Both the position numbers and the translations under genes were made by a program. Below, piece by piece: positions 51,302 to 61,431 of a DNA stretch of 64,000 bases. The notes below the pieces were generated by a model. The model ran no database searches and was not told the DNA's origin. It worked only from the letters and a program-made list of their open reading frames with translations. The stretch's first letter is position 1. Each line of letters starts with the position of its first letter. Source of the DNA: an uncultured delta proteobacterium (GTDB taxonomy: Bacteria > Desulfobacterota > Desulfobacteria > Desulfobacterales > JAHEIW01); NCBI GenBank assembly GCA_963706575.1, contig CAVPNL010000004.1, positions 544,001 through 608,000 of the forward strand, given 5' to 3'.

Positions 51302-51774
51302 TTTGAATTTGATCTGCGGTGAGCAGACAAGGTGCGAATTACCGGCTTTGAGGCGCTGTAGAGCATCAGGATCAGCAATGGGCTGATGACCAGCCATGTA
51401 AGAATTGCATACAGGGTCAAATCCCACAGGTTGGCCATGCTGCCCCAAAAATCATTTTGAAGTAAGCCGATCAAATCTGTATCGATCAATGGCAACCCCT
51501 GCTGTTTAAACAACCAGTTGCCGATGCCGTAAAATGGCGCCAGCATAACGAGCTGCAACGGGTAAACCATATAGTTCACGACCTGAATGGCCGGCAGATT
51601 CAACCGCAGCGCCAGGGCGGCAACGGTGCACAGCATGGTAGTTGTGCCCAAGATGGGAAATATGCCCAAAACAGTTCCAAAAGCAATGCACAGCGCTATT
51701 TTTTTCAGGCTCATACCCTCTTTGAGCATCGATTTTACCATACTCAATATCTTTGTCTTAATTGCTCTGATCAT
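51298..51774 (-). CDS. DUF2062 family membrane protein
   Basis: IAL..AFG..LGIFP.LG.TT, LRLNLPA.Q.VN. Confidence 0.8.
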   Translation of the reverse strand: MIRAIKTKILSMVKSMLKEGMSLKKIALCIAFGTVLGIFPILGTTTMLCTVAALALRLNLPAIQVVNYMVYPLQLVMLAPFYGIGNWLFKQQGLPLIDTDLIGLLQNDFWGSMANLWDLTLYAILTWLVISPLLILMLYSASKPVIRTLSAHRRSNSN

Positions 51775-51795
51775 GAGATGCTTTCATCAAATTTG

Positions 51796-52500
51796 TTAAG
51801 GGATTCTGTCCAAGACCGACTTCATCCGGATCATACGGGTCTCCTGAGCAGCACCCATCCACACAAAAAATGCGATGAATAAAAGTATCGGATTGTAAAA
51901 TAATCCAATAATCCCAAAAAGCAAGGCGATCGCCTGACCCAGATTGGCAGAAATCTGTGTGGCCCTGACATATGCCAGGCGCGTGGCAAGCAAAGCGCGG
52001 AAGACCCGACCGCCGTCCATCGGAAATGCGGGTATCATATTAAACAGGATCAAAAAAATGTTGACACCCATAATGCGCTCAACAAATGCTGCGGTGGTCA
52101 TCGTTAATTGATTATCCGGTGTAAGAGTATTGGTGATCCATAGGTAAACCGCAAGCAAGGCAACAATCACGACATTTACCGCCGGGCCAGCTAATGCCAC
52201 CCACAGTTCTTGAATGGGCTGGTTTGGCATTTTTTCCAGGCGAGCCACACCGCCGATCGGCAACAGGATAATATCTCGGGTTTTAATCCCATATTTTTTT
52301 GCTGCTAAGGCATGGCCTAATTCATGCAGAACAACGCATGAAAATATTGCCAGGATGAACACGACGCCTGAAAAGGCCGCACCAATGGATCCGTTTAATT
52401 TCAACTGAATCAACGCCACCCATGTTAACAATATAAAGAACGTAAAATGGATGAAAATATCAATTCCTGCCAATTTGGCTATTTTCAATGACCATCGCAT
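51796..52500 (-). CDS. Site-2 protease (M50 family), no CBS pair
   Basis: HELGH, AGPAVN, FNMIPAFPMDGGR. Confidence 0.9.
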   Translation of the reverse strand: MRWSLKIAKLAGIDIFIHFTFFILLTWVALIQLKLNGSIGAAFSGVVFILAIFSCVVLHELGHALAAKKYGIKTRDIILLPIGGVARLEKMPNQPIQELWVALAGPAVNVVIVALLAVYLWITNTLTPDNQLTMTTAAFVERIMGVNIFLILFNMIPAFPMDGGRVFRALLATRLAYVRATQISANLGQAIALLFGIIGLFYNPILLFIAFFVWMGAAQETRMIRMKSVLDRIP

Positions 52501-52532
52501 CGTATCACCACCTTCGTAATTGCTCGTTGAGC

Positions 52533-53534
52533 TTAACCGCCATAACCGCCTTCACTGTATGCGGCATAATCGGGCAATGCGTGCTTAAATGACGCTTTCA
52601 TTTTTGCGATGATGTTTTTTTGGATCTGACGGACCCGTTCTCTTGAGATCCCATATCGCTTGCCGATTTCCGCCAGTGTTTCAGGATCTTCTGCGAAAAT
52701 ACGCTGGTTAAAAATATCGAGTTCTCGTTGATTCATTTCCTTTTTGAATTCAGCAATTCGTTGATGAAGAATCGTTTCAAACTCTTTTTTTGATATCTTG
52801 TCTTCGAGTGGTTCGGCGGAAGTTTTCAAAAATTCTATTCGCGCTGTATCCGTGTTGTCTGTTAAAGGGGCATCCAGTGAAACATCCCAGCCATTGATCC
52901 GTTGGTCCATTTCAACCACTTCTTTTTTGGACACCCCCAGTCTTTCGGAGATAAGCTCCGCTTTGGGTTCAAAACCTTCATCCCGTAATTTTTGCTTTTC
53001 TTTTTTGAGACGGAAAAAGAGCTTTCGCTGCGCCTGGGTGGTTCCGATTTTTACCAGACGGAAGTTATCCATTAAGTGCTTGATAATGTAAGCTTTGATC
53101 CAAAATGAAGCGTAGTATGAAAACTTCACCTTTTTCTCTGGATTGAATTTTTCAACCGCTTTCATCAGCCCGATGTTGCCCTCCTGAATGAGATCCAGCA
53201 GATTCTGCATCCACATTCTGCGGTAATCCAAGGCAATTTTTACGACGAGCCGGAGGTTTGACGTCACCACCTTGTGGGCCGCTCGGCTGTCGCCCTGTTC
53301 CTTCAGTCTTTTAAAAAGGATTAGTTCTTCATTTCTGCTCAGCAACTTATACTGGCTGATGCTCGTCAGATAGCTCTGAAGCGTATTGGGAACAACCGGT
53401 CTTTCGGCCGGCGGCGCCGGCCTGGTCGAGAAGCTAGGTGCCTCTTTACGCCGATTTCGTTTCCCGTTTCCGCTTACATTACGGGTCTCCGGATTTTGCT
53501 TACCTCTTACAACCTTTTTTTTCTGACTCAGCAT
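52533..53534 (-). CDS. RpoH/sigma-32-like sigma factor
   Basis: SNLRLVVKIA, DLIQEGNIGLMKAV, RpoH box TTQAQRKLFFRLK, ISRERVRQI; no region 1.1. Confidence 0.88.
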   Translation of the reverse strand: MLSQKKKVVRGKQNPETRNVSGNGKRNRRKEAPSFSTRPAPPAERPVVPNTLQSYLTSISQYKLLSRNEELILFKRLKEQGDSRAAHKVVTSNLRLVVKIALDYRRMWMQNLLDLIQEGNIGLMKAVEKFNPEKKVKFSYYASFWIKAYIIKHLMDNFRLVKIGTTQAQRKLFFRLKKEKQKLRDEGFEPKAELISERLGVSKKEVVEMDQRINGWDVSLDAPLTDNTDTARIEFLKTSAEPLEDKISKKEFETILHQRIAEFKKEMNQRELDIFNQRIFAEDPETLAEIGKRYGISRERVRQIQKNIIAKMKASFKHALPDYAAYSEGGYGG

Positions 53535-54002
53535 TCTGTTCCTCCTCTGCCCATTCCCGCCTTAAGGTCTGCCGCATAAACCAATACCCCGTTAAGAGCC
53601 TTTGCATTTGATATGCTTTTCAGGGTATTGAAATCAGGCTAAATCGTTTATGCAGTCAGATTTTAAGCCTAATGGCTGTCGTTTTATAAGACATTGAATC
53701 TGTTATTGATAAAACTAAGTATTAAACAAAATATAAAATTTTTATTTTTGTCTAAGTTTTGTCTAAAAAAATAAACATTTTCATTGGCTTGTCAACCATC
53801 GCAACCCCTTTATTCTACTTTTACTTTGTTATTCTCTAGATTCAGAACTGAAGTGCTGATGGATCGTATAAATTGCATAAAACCGGCCTATTTTAAGCAA
53901 GATTCCGCAAACCTTGACTCAGGATTAGTAAGTGTTAGCTTAAAATCAGTAAACCAGCGGGTAGGAGCGGTGGCAACTTCAGACAAATCGAGCGAATTGG
54001 GA

Positions 54003-54881
54003 ATGGAAATGAAGAAATTTCAAAAACGCGCCAGAATTATTATCATCGCTGGCATCAATCTGCTTTTACTTTATGCGCTGGCCTGCACCTATCTCTGGGC
54101 CGAGCAGAGCCATTTTATTTTCATGCCGCGGCGAGAAATCAAAAAGACACCGGCAATTTACCAGTTGCCCTACGAAGACGTCTACGTCTCAATTGAACTC
54201 CCGAATGGTCAAAAAGAACGCATCCACGGGTGGTGGATTCCGGCACAAATACCATCTGACAAAACCCTGCTTTACCTGCACGGCAGTGCGCTCAACATCG
54301 GCGCCAATGTCGATCATGCGCGCCGCTTCCATAACCTGGGTTTTTCCGTTTTTCTGGTCTCCTATCGCGGATACGGGCTGAGTGACGGCGAATTTCCGTC
54401 AGAAGCGCAGATGTATGCTGATGCAGAAGCAGCCTGGAATTACCTGGTCAAACAAAAGCACATCAACCCCGATCACATTTTCATTTACGGACATTCCATC
54501 GGCGGTGCTATTGCCATCGACCTTGCCACGCGCCACCCGGAAGCGGCCGGGTTGATTGTCGAGGCATCATTTACGTCCATCTTCGATATGGCGCGGTTAA
54601 AATACAGATATCGTCTCTTACCCATGGGTCTCATTGTTGAGCAAAAGTTTGATTCCCAGAAGAAAGTCGGGCAGTTGAAAATTCCGGCGCTGTTTATCCA
54701 TGGTACAAAAGATGCTCTGGTTCCGCCTGAGATGAGCCGCCGCCTGTATGAAAAAACGTCATCTCCTAAACGATTAACATTTATCAAGGGCGGCGGTCAT
54801 AACAACAGTGCCGCTGTTGGTGGTGAGGATTATTTGCGCAGCATCAGACAATTCGAGGAATTTATCAGTCAAAAATCATAG
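54003..54881 (+). CDS. Alpha/beta hydrolase
   Basis: YRGYG.S.G, GHSIGG, IHGTKD, GGHNN; start uncertain. Confidence 0.88.
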   Translation: MEMKKFQKRARIIIIAGINLLLLYALACTYLWAEQSHFIFMPRREIKKTPAIYQLPYEDVYVSIELPNGQKERIHGWWIPAQIPSDKTLLYLHGSALNIGANVDHARRFHNLGFSVFLVSYRGYGLSDGEFPSEAQMYADAEAAWNYLVKQKHINPDHIFIYGHSIGGAIAIDLATRHPEAAGLIVEASFTSIFDMARLKYRYRLLPMGLIVEQKFDSQKKVGQLKIPALFIHGTKDALVPPEMSRRLYEKTSSPKRLTFIKGGGHNNSAAVGGEDYLRSIRQFEEFISQKS

Positions 54882-54903
54882 GAAAGATCTGCCTCTTCAC
54901 AAA

Positions 54904-55311
54904 TCATATCAGCCACTTGGCGATGTAAAAGCTTAGCGTCGCAACCAGCGTACATAGAACCACGCCCCAGAGAATATCGGCCACCACAATATTGAGCGGC
55001 CAATCTTTGAGCAGGGCTAAATTCGTCAGATCATAGGTTGCATATGTAAAAAACCCAAAAAGCGCACCCCACACCGCCGCGTGACGCACTGAATCTTTAG
55101 CGACGCCCGGCAGGACGGCGAAGATCAGAATCCCGGCAATATACATCAGATAAAAAATGATGGCGGCGGTCCAGTTGACATTCGGGCTGAGGATATATTT
55201 CAAGTTTTTCTGATAAAATCCCTTGGCTACAACTCCCAGCCAGATCAGGTCAATAATGAAAAAAACGGGTACGGTAAGTGCATACAGCTTAAGATAAAAT
55301 GAAATGTTCAT
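54904..55311 (-). CDS. DUF2177 family membrane protein
   Basis: IDLIWLG, YATYDLTNLA.LKDWP....D..WG. Confidence 0.88.
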   Translation of the reverse strand: MNISFYLKLYALTVPVFFIIDLIWLGVVAKGFYQKNLKYILSPNVNWTAAIIFYLMYIAGILIFAVLPGVAKDSVRHAAVWGALFGFFTYATYDLTNLALLKDWPLNIVVADILWGVVLCTLVATLSFYIAKWLI

Positions 55312-55350
55312 TGGAACCTCGACTAAAGTACAGTTATCCCAAACAGGTGA

Positions 55351-55788
55351 TTATTTTGCCGAATTTTCAAATGTCGCGCGTAACCGCTCCACCCGCCGGC
55401 GGTTGGCACCAAAGTCATAATAACCGGTGCGGGATGCAGACCTCACATGAATGATGCGATCTTCTGAAGAAAAGTAAAATTCGACGTCATCGACAAAGTT
55501 AAAAACTAATGAACGAAATTCAGCATGAATGTAATCCGTTTCAACGCGTATCAGCCGGGCACGTTTCGAGCCCTCCAGGAGGCCGATGAGTTTTTGCCTG
55601 GCATCGGCACGATTGCCGGTATAATGCAGCGGTTCGATAAAACGCGCTGGATCTTTGCTCTGGGAAGAAACACAGTTGGGCGAATCCAGACAGGGCGATA
55701 ACCTGTTGGTTCCGGCTGCCGCATGGGTTGCGCTCAACAGGATACAAACATACAGGGACAGGCGCTTTGTAAATAAGTCGTTCATCAT
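55351..55788 (-). CDS. DUF1499 family protein
   Basis: L.PC..SPNCVSSQ, FVDDVEF, RSASR.G..D.G.NR.R. Confidence 0.88.
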   Translation of the reverse strand: MMNDLFTKRLSLYVCILLSATHAAAGTNRLSPCLDSPNCVSSQSKDPARFIEPLHYTGNRADARQKLIGLLEGSKRARLIRVETDYIHAEFRSLVFNFVDDVEFYFSSEDRIIHVRSASRTGYYDFGANRRRVERLRATFENSAK

Positions 55789-56222
55789 ACCGGTATAATC
55801 ACAGTGGGGATTGATGTGCATTTAATCACACGGTCGGCAACACTGCCGAAATCAAAATGGGCCTCGCTGCCCTGGCTGGCCATAATGACCATGTCGATAT
55901 CCTCATTCTGGATCAGTTTGAGGATCTCTTTAACGGGATCACCGACACTGATGTGGCGAACATAAAGCGGGCAGGCGTTTAAAAAATTTTCGCAGATTTC
56001 GTCCAGCCGTTTTTCGGCGGTTTCCTGCTCCCATTGCCGCATTTTTTCGTAATCGCCGGGGTCACTGTAGCCATAAGATGCGCCGAATTCAGGATAATCT
56101 TTCAGCACGTATAGAATATGAATCTCAGCAGCATATTTTTGCGATAAGGATGTCACCAGCGGCAGCGCTGTTGCGGCGTTTTCCGATAAATCCGTTGGCC
56201 ACAAAATTTTTTTAATTTCCAT
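55785..56222 (-). CDS. Universal stress protein
   Basis: KKILWPTDLS, GDP..EI, FGSVADRVI. Confidence 0.92.
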   Translation of the reverse strand: MEIKKILWPTDLSENAATALPLVTSLSQKYAAEIHILYVLKDYPEFGASYGYSDPGDYEKMRQWEQETAEKRLDEICENFLNACPLYVRHISVGDPVKEILKLIQNEDIDMVIMASQGSEAHFDFGSVADRVIKCTSIPTVIIPV

Positions 56223-56660
56223 TGCTATGCCTTCCTCCGGGCTTATTAAGTTCATGTTGCGTCATTTACCCGACGAATGGTTAAAGGTTTATTAACCCAA
56301 TTAATTTAACACCATAAGCACTTCTTTTCTGTTCGCCAAATACTATTTTAAAATTCTGGTTTTTTGCATAGAAATGCCTCACAGTGGATGCAATAAGAGA
56401 ACACGGTCACCCTAAAATAGGGTCTGGAACTGATCGACGATGATGAGTGTTTTATCAAAGGTTCGCAATGCTTGTTTAGAATGTATGGTGGTTCAGTAGC
56501 TTGACCCAGCCGAGGAAAGGAGGAAACTCAGCGTAAACTGAACCAACACTGCGTAAACTGAACCACCACTGTATGATGGAGAAATAAGCAATCAATATGG
56601 AGATTATTAAAGAGACAAAAAAACAGACAGAAGTTACAGTATTTGGTCTTTGCTGCAAAT

Positions 56661-56807
56661 TTAATCGCTGTTTGCCGCCCCTTCGGTCGTTTTGATCATA
56701 TTTTCAAATAAGTCCCGAATGTCGCTGAGATAAGCCATACAGTGCGCGCCAAACCACCAGACTTCGACCAGCATCAATAACAGTAAAATCGGCACCCAAA
56801 CATTCAT
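56661..56807 (-). CDS. Small membrane protein (48 aa), below the ORF-track cutoff
   Basis: AAGGAG RBS; MNVWVPILLLLMLVEVWWFG...; directly after cfa. Confidence 0.5.
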   Translation of the reverse strand: MNVWVPILLLLMLVEVWWFGAHCMAYLSDIRDLFENMIKTTEGAANSD

Positions 56808-56833
56808 CGGTGTACGCTCCTTTCCGACAGGAT

Positions 56834-58120
56834 CTAATAAGCACTTAAATCAGGGATGAGTGGCTCACGCCGGCACATGGGTTTGGTGAACAGCATTTGC
56901 ACATCTCCGATATAGCGCTCTGCGAAACCCGCTTCACAATAGCTGAAATAATAATCCCACATGCGAATAAACGCTTCTGAATATCCCAGCGCTTTGACCG
57001 CATCGATATTGTTGAAAAATTGTGACCGCCAGCAGGCCAGCGTCCGGGCATAGTGAGGGGTAATATCTTCCAGATGAAATAGACGCAGGTCGGTGGCCGT
57101 GGCAATCGACTTCGTCATCGCCGCAATTGACGGGATGCAGCTGCCCGGGAAAATATAGCGTTTGATAAAATCAACCGAACGCTTGTGGCGCTCAAACACC
57201 TGATCGGCAATCGTAATCGCCTGCAGCAGCATCACTCCGTCCGATTTCAGCAACTGGCCGCAGGATCGAAAAAAGTCATCCAGATAGTGGTACCCGACGG
57301 CCTCGATCATCTCAATCGAAACCAGTTTATCGTATTTTCCTTTCAGATCCCGGTAATCTCTCATCACCAAATCAATGCGATCGGCCACGCCGGAATCCGC
57401 AATACGTTCTTTAGCCAGTTTAAATTGTTGGTCGGAAATCGTGGTGGTAGTGACCCGGCAGCCGAAGTTTTGGGCGGCATAAATGGCAAAGCCGCCCCAG
57501 CCGGATCCGATTTCAATCACCTCATCATCGGGGCCTAGCTCAAGTTTCTGACAGATGCGGTTGTATTTTGCAATCGAGGCATCGCGCATGGTGCTGGCTT
57601 CATATTCAAAAATACCGCAAGAATAGGTTAGGGTGTCGTCCAAAAACAGTCGATAAAAATCGTTGCCCAGATCATAGTGGGCGACGATATTTTTGCGACT
57701 GCCGCTGCGGGTATTTTTCCGCAGAAAATGCCATATCCGGTTCAGCGGGGCCGAAACCTTTGACCAGCCCTTGTCCAGGCGCTCAAAGCTATCGCGATTC
57801 AAGGCCATGATGCGCAGGGCGGTGGTGAGATCGTCTGCCGACCACAAACCGTTCATATAAGCTTCCGCAATGCCGATGCTGCCACCCAGAACGGATTTGC
57901 TGTAAAATCGGGGATGATAGACGTTTATGACCGCCTCGAGTGGATACGCACTGCTGGTTTCACCGAAAACATAACGATTGGGACCGTCGATGATGGTGAT
58001 TTGTCCGCGTTTTAATTTGCCCAGAATTCCAAGCAGAAACTTGCGGGCCAATCCATCCATCGAGCGAGCCTTAATGGTTTCCAGCGGCGGCGTATCTGAG
58101 GGCATAATCGATGTGGTCAT
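56834..58120 (-). CDS. cfa: Cyclopropane-fatty-acyl-phospholipid synthase family methyltransferase (UfaM-like)
   Basis: HYDLGNDFY, EIGSGWG, SIEMIEAVG, HYARTL..W. Confidence 0.9.
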   Translation of the reverse strand: MTTSIMPSDTPPLETIKARSMDGLARKFLLGILGKLKRGQITIIDGPNRYVFGETSSAYPLEAVINVYHPRFYSKSVLGGSIGIAEAYMNGLWSADDLTTALRIMALNRDSFERLDKGWSKVSAPLNRIWHFLRKNTRSGSRKNIVAHYDLGNDFYRLFLDDTLTYSCGIFEYEASTMRDASIAKYNRICQKLELGPDDEVIEIGSGWGGFAIYAAQNFGCRVTTTTISDQQFKLAKERIADSGVADRIDLVMRDYRDLKGKYDKLVSIEMIEAVGYHYLDDFFRSCGQLLKSDGVMLLQAITIADQVFERHKRSVDFIKRYIFPGSCIPSIAAMTKSIATATDLRLFHLEDITPHYARTLACWRSQFFNNIDAVKALGYSEAFIRMWDYYFSYCEAGFAERYIGDVQMLFTKPMCRREPLIPDLSAY

Positions 58121-58125
58121 GCGTC

Positions 58126-58899
58126 TTACCTTTCTGCAATCGGTTTGCGTTTTTTGGGATGATCGAACAATGGCGTTCTTTTAAGCAATAACCGCAGTGC
58201 CTGCCAGTAAATCATGGTGGTGACCTTGGCCGTCATCAGCGGATATTGGATCAACACCCGGTTCAGGGCCCCCGCACTGATCTCGCGTCGTTTCAATGCA
58301 AGGCTGGCATCGAAAAGCTTCTGTCCGTTTTCATAGTCGATCATATGCACGCGAATATCCGTGTCGGGTTCGCGAAAACGCCAGTCATAATCAATATTCA
58401 TATCGATAAACGGAGAAACATGAAAAACCTTTTCAAAACGATGCCGCCGCCAGTTTTTGACCGGATGTTCGTCTTGTTCCCGGCCCAGAACATAGCAATG
58501 CACTTCACTCCAGGGAGTGTTGTGTATTTCGACAACGATGGTTTCTACCGTTGAACCCGTGGCATCATAGCAATAATAAAAACTGGCCGGGTTAAAGCAA
58601 TACCCAAAATACCGCAGATGGGTCAGCATCCGAATGGGCCCCTCAGGCGGGCGTCCGGCTTTTTCGGCAACCAGACGACGCACCGCTTGTTCGATCGGCA
58701 GTTTAGGATCGCCGAAGTGATCTCTACGTCGAAAATATGCGATGTTCGGCCGCTGAAAAGACCAGAGGGGATGATTGTCGAACACGGCGGGCAGTTCTTC
58801 CAGGTCCAGATACATAAAGAACAGTCGATATCTAAAATGATTGGGCGTTGGCCTGAACCGACGATGTCGAACGGTGCCCTCGTAAATGCAGCTATGCAT
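58126..58899 (-). CDS. DUF1365 family protein (UfaO-like)
   Basis: G.V.HRR..P, FNP.SFY, NTPW.E.H.Y, K.FHVSPF, IYWQAL.L. Confidence 0.9.
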   Translation of the reverse strand: MHSCIYEGTVRHRRFRPTPNHFRYRLFFMYLDLEELPAVFDNHPLWSFQRPNIAYFRRRDHFGDPKLPIEQAVRRLVAEKAGRPPEGPIRMLTHLRYFGYCFNPASFYYCYDATGSTVETIVVEIHNTPWSEVHCYVLGREQDEHPVKNWRRHRFEKVFHVSPFIDMNIDYDWRFREPDTDIRVHMIDYENGQKLFDASLALKRREISAGALNRVLIQYPLMTAKVTTMIYWQALRLLLKRTPLFDHPKKRKPIAER

Positions 58900-59057
58900 G
58901 CGTCATCCTTTTTAAAATGAAATCTATTTCGCTAAACGTTTTCATTATAAGCATAAAATTAATTTCGTCAGCAAATAGATCGAGAATATTTTTAAAAGGT
59001 CTAAGGGAATTATGGATGTCTGTGTCCGGTCGAAATCAAATCATTCGAAAATAGTTC

Positions 59058-60302
59058 CTAAAGGGATTTGCCGAAATGTTTTCCAACCACCAGTGCGCTT
59101 TTGACACCATCCTCATGGAAACCGTAGCCCCAATAGGCGCCACAGAAATAGGTGCGATTGACTCCGTTGATCTCCTCATGACGGTTTCTCGCGGCCAGGC
59201 TTTTCGGATTATAGACCGGATGATGGTAATGCATTTCTTTGATTTTCTTGCCGGGATCAACGGTATGCGGCAAATTGAGCGTAACGCAGTATTCGACTGG
59301 GGCGCCCAGGCCTTGCAAGATGTTCATGTCATAAGTCAGGGCCACACGCCCCAGATCCTCTTGCGGTATATGGTAATTCCAGCTGGCCCAGGCTGCCTTT
59401 TTACGGGGTAAAATCGATTCGTCTGAATGCAGGATCGCATGATTGTCCTGATAGGGGATGGCTCCTAGGATTTCTTTTTCGCTGTCTGTCGGGTCCTGCA
59501 GCATTGCCAGGGCCTGATCGCTGTGGGTGGCAATTACCACCTGATCAAAATGTTCTGTGGGGCTGTTATCAGCTTGCACCTCGACGTGATCCGGATATCG
59601 CCGAACGGCTCTCACCGGGCAATTGATTCGGATTTGATCCCGATAACCCCGGGTGATCGGTTTGACGTATTGTCTGGAACCGCCATCGATGACCTGCCAC
59701 TGGGGCTGGTTGCGCACATTCAGAAAACCATGGTTTTTAAAAAACTGGGCAAAGTAAAGGGCAGGGAACTCGTTGAATTTGACGGGATCCGCCGACCAGA
59801 TCGCTTCACCCATGGGGATAATGAAATGTTCTATAAACAGCTTTGAAAATCCCTTTTCAGCCAAAAAATTTTCAAGCGTCAGCGTGTAGTCGTCACCTTT
59901 TAGAAGTTCTTCGGATTCTCGTCGAAATCGAAAAATGTCGAATACCATGCGGTAGAACGATGGGCGCAACAGATTTTTGCGCTGGATGAAAAGCGAATTT
60001 AAAGAACTGGGGCTAAATTCCAGCCCGGTTTTGTTACATTGCACACTGAAACTCATGTTGGAGGCTTTCCATGCCACCCCCAGGCGTTTCATCAGCTTGA
60101 CAAAATTCGGATACGTCTTTTCGTTAAATACAATAAAGCCGGTGTCTACGGCATAGGATGTGCCATTCAGGCTGACATCAATCGTGTTGGTGTGTCCGCC
60201 GACATAATCCTCTGCCTCATAGACGACCAGTTCATGCTCATCACTGAGCAGGTATGCTGCCACCATGCCTGCAATGCCGGTTCCGATGATAGCGATCCGC
60301 AT
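59058..60302 (-). CDS. FAD-dependent oxidoreductase, amine-oxidase-like (UfaD-like)
   Basis: GTGIAG, GGHTNT, VDTGFIVFN, WASWNY, GFHEDG. Confidence 0.9.
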   Translation of the reverse strand: MRIAIIGTGIAGMVAAYLLSDEHELVVYEAEDYVGGHTNTIDVSLNGTSYAVDTGFIVFNEKTYPNFVKLMKRLGVAWKASNMSFSVQCNKTGLEFSPSSLNSLFIQRKNLLRPSFYRMVFDIFRFRRESEELLKGDDYTLTLENFLAEKGFSKLFIEHFIIPMGEAIWSADPVKFNEFPALYFAQFFKNHGFLNVRNQPQWQVIDGGSRQYVKPITRGYRDQIRINCPVRAVRRYPDHVEVQADNSPTEHFDQVVIATHSDQALAMLQDPTDSEKEILGAIPYQDNHAILHSDESILPRKKAAWASWNYHIPQEDLGRVALTYDMNILQGLGAPVEYCVTLNLPHTVDPGKKIKEMHYHHPVYNPKSLAARNRHEEINGVNRTYFCGAYWGYGFHEDGVKSALVVGKHFGKSL

Positions 60303-60351
60303 TTGAATTTCTCCTCAATGGTTTAGCGAAACATTCACGTTCTTATTTAGG

Positions 60352-61317
60352 TTAAAGGGTCTCGGCGACCGCTCGATTTTGTTCTCGCAAACCCTCCGGC
60401 AAACCCCGCAGATCCCGGACGATGCCCAGCAAACTCAGGAGCTTGAGCAAATAATAGGTAATATCAATTTCCCACCAGTAAAATCCCTGGCGCGCGGAAA
60501 TCGCATAATGATGGTGATTGTTATGCCACCCCTCGCCCAAGGTAATCAGCGCCAAAATCGCATTGTTGCGACTGGTATCCGCAGTATCATAACGACGGCT
60601 GCCGATCATGTGATCAAAAGAGTTGATGGTCACCGTTCCGTGAAAAAGCACCACCGAAGAAATAAAAAACCCCCAGATCAGCAGCTGGGGACCGTTGGTC
60701 CCCAAACCGGGTGCATATTTTTGCAGTAAATTGCCCCCCAAAAATAATATAACGGCCAATAGAACCGGAATGACAGTGTCGAAGCGATTGATCCAGCGCA
60801 GCTCGGGATATTTGGCCCAATCTTTCACATATTGCATTTTGGTCGGAAAATTCGCGGGCGACGTTAGCCACCCGATGTGGCTCCAGATAAATCCGTGCCG
60901 GCTGGGTGAATGGATATCTTTTTCAGTGTCCGCGAAGCGGTGGTGATGGCGATGATGCGCTGCCCACCACAACGGGCCGCGCTGAACCGAAGAATTGCCG
61001 ATGACAGCAAAGATGAATTGCCAGAACCGATTGGCTTTAAACGCTTTGTGGGAGAAATAACGATGGTAAAATCCGGTAATGCCAAACATGCGGATAAAAT
61101 AAAGCCCGGCTGCCGTCAAAACGGCAAACCAGCTCCACCCCACCCAGATGACCCCCAAACACATCAGGTGCAATATCACAAATGGAATGATCCGAAACCA
61201 ATCGACTTTCTTGACAGGTGCGTTGGATATTTGATCAGCATACGCATCCGCGTCAAACCAGCGCCAGAGCGATAGCAGAAAATTGGATTTCTTTGAAGTG
61301 TTCCCCACTTTTTTCAT
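60352..61317 (-). CDS. Acyl-CoA/delta-9 fatty acid desaturase
   Basis: His boxes HRYFSH, HRHHH, GEGWHNNHH. Confidence 0.92.
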   Translation of the reverse strand: MKKVGNTSKKSNFLLSLWRWFDADAYADQISNAPVKKVDWFRIIPFVILHLMCLGVIWVGWSWFAVLTAAGLYFIRMFGITGFYHRYFSHKAFKANRFWQFIFAVIGNSSVQRGPLWWAAHHRHHHRFADTEKDIHSPSRHGFIWSHIGWLTSPANFPTKMQYVKDWAKYPELRWINRFDTVIPVLLAVILFLGGNLLQKYAPGLGTNGPQLLIWGFFISSVVLFHGTVTINSFDHMIGSRRYDTADTSRNNAILALITLGEGWHNNHHHYAISARQGFYWWEIDITYYLLKLLSLLGIVRDLRGLPEGLREQNRAVAETL

Positions 61318-61431
61318 TGAGCAAGCTTATCTGAAAATAGTGATTTCAGTTTACTCCAAATATCCCCGATGATCGCATTCACAACTTTTCTGTAATGGAA
61401 TTTATTAAAAAATACAACAATCATATCATTG

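Noticed and set aside
12700..55787. Sec read-through at other TGA stops (MATE-like, nitrilase, MaoC, DksA, USP)
   Set aside because: The domains are already complete at the stop and there is no Cys-equivalent context
56280..56658. 60-aa ORF 56476..56658 and downstream fragments
   Set aside because: TTG start without clear RBS or motif; may be a remnant but cannot be supported
58922..58980. Hairpin between the oxidoreductase and DUF1365 genes
   Set aside because: Imperfect AT-rich stem with no second copy; at most an mRNA stability element
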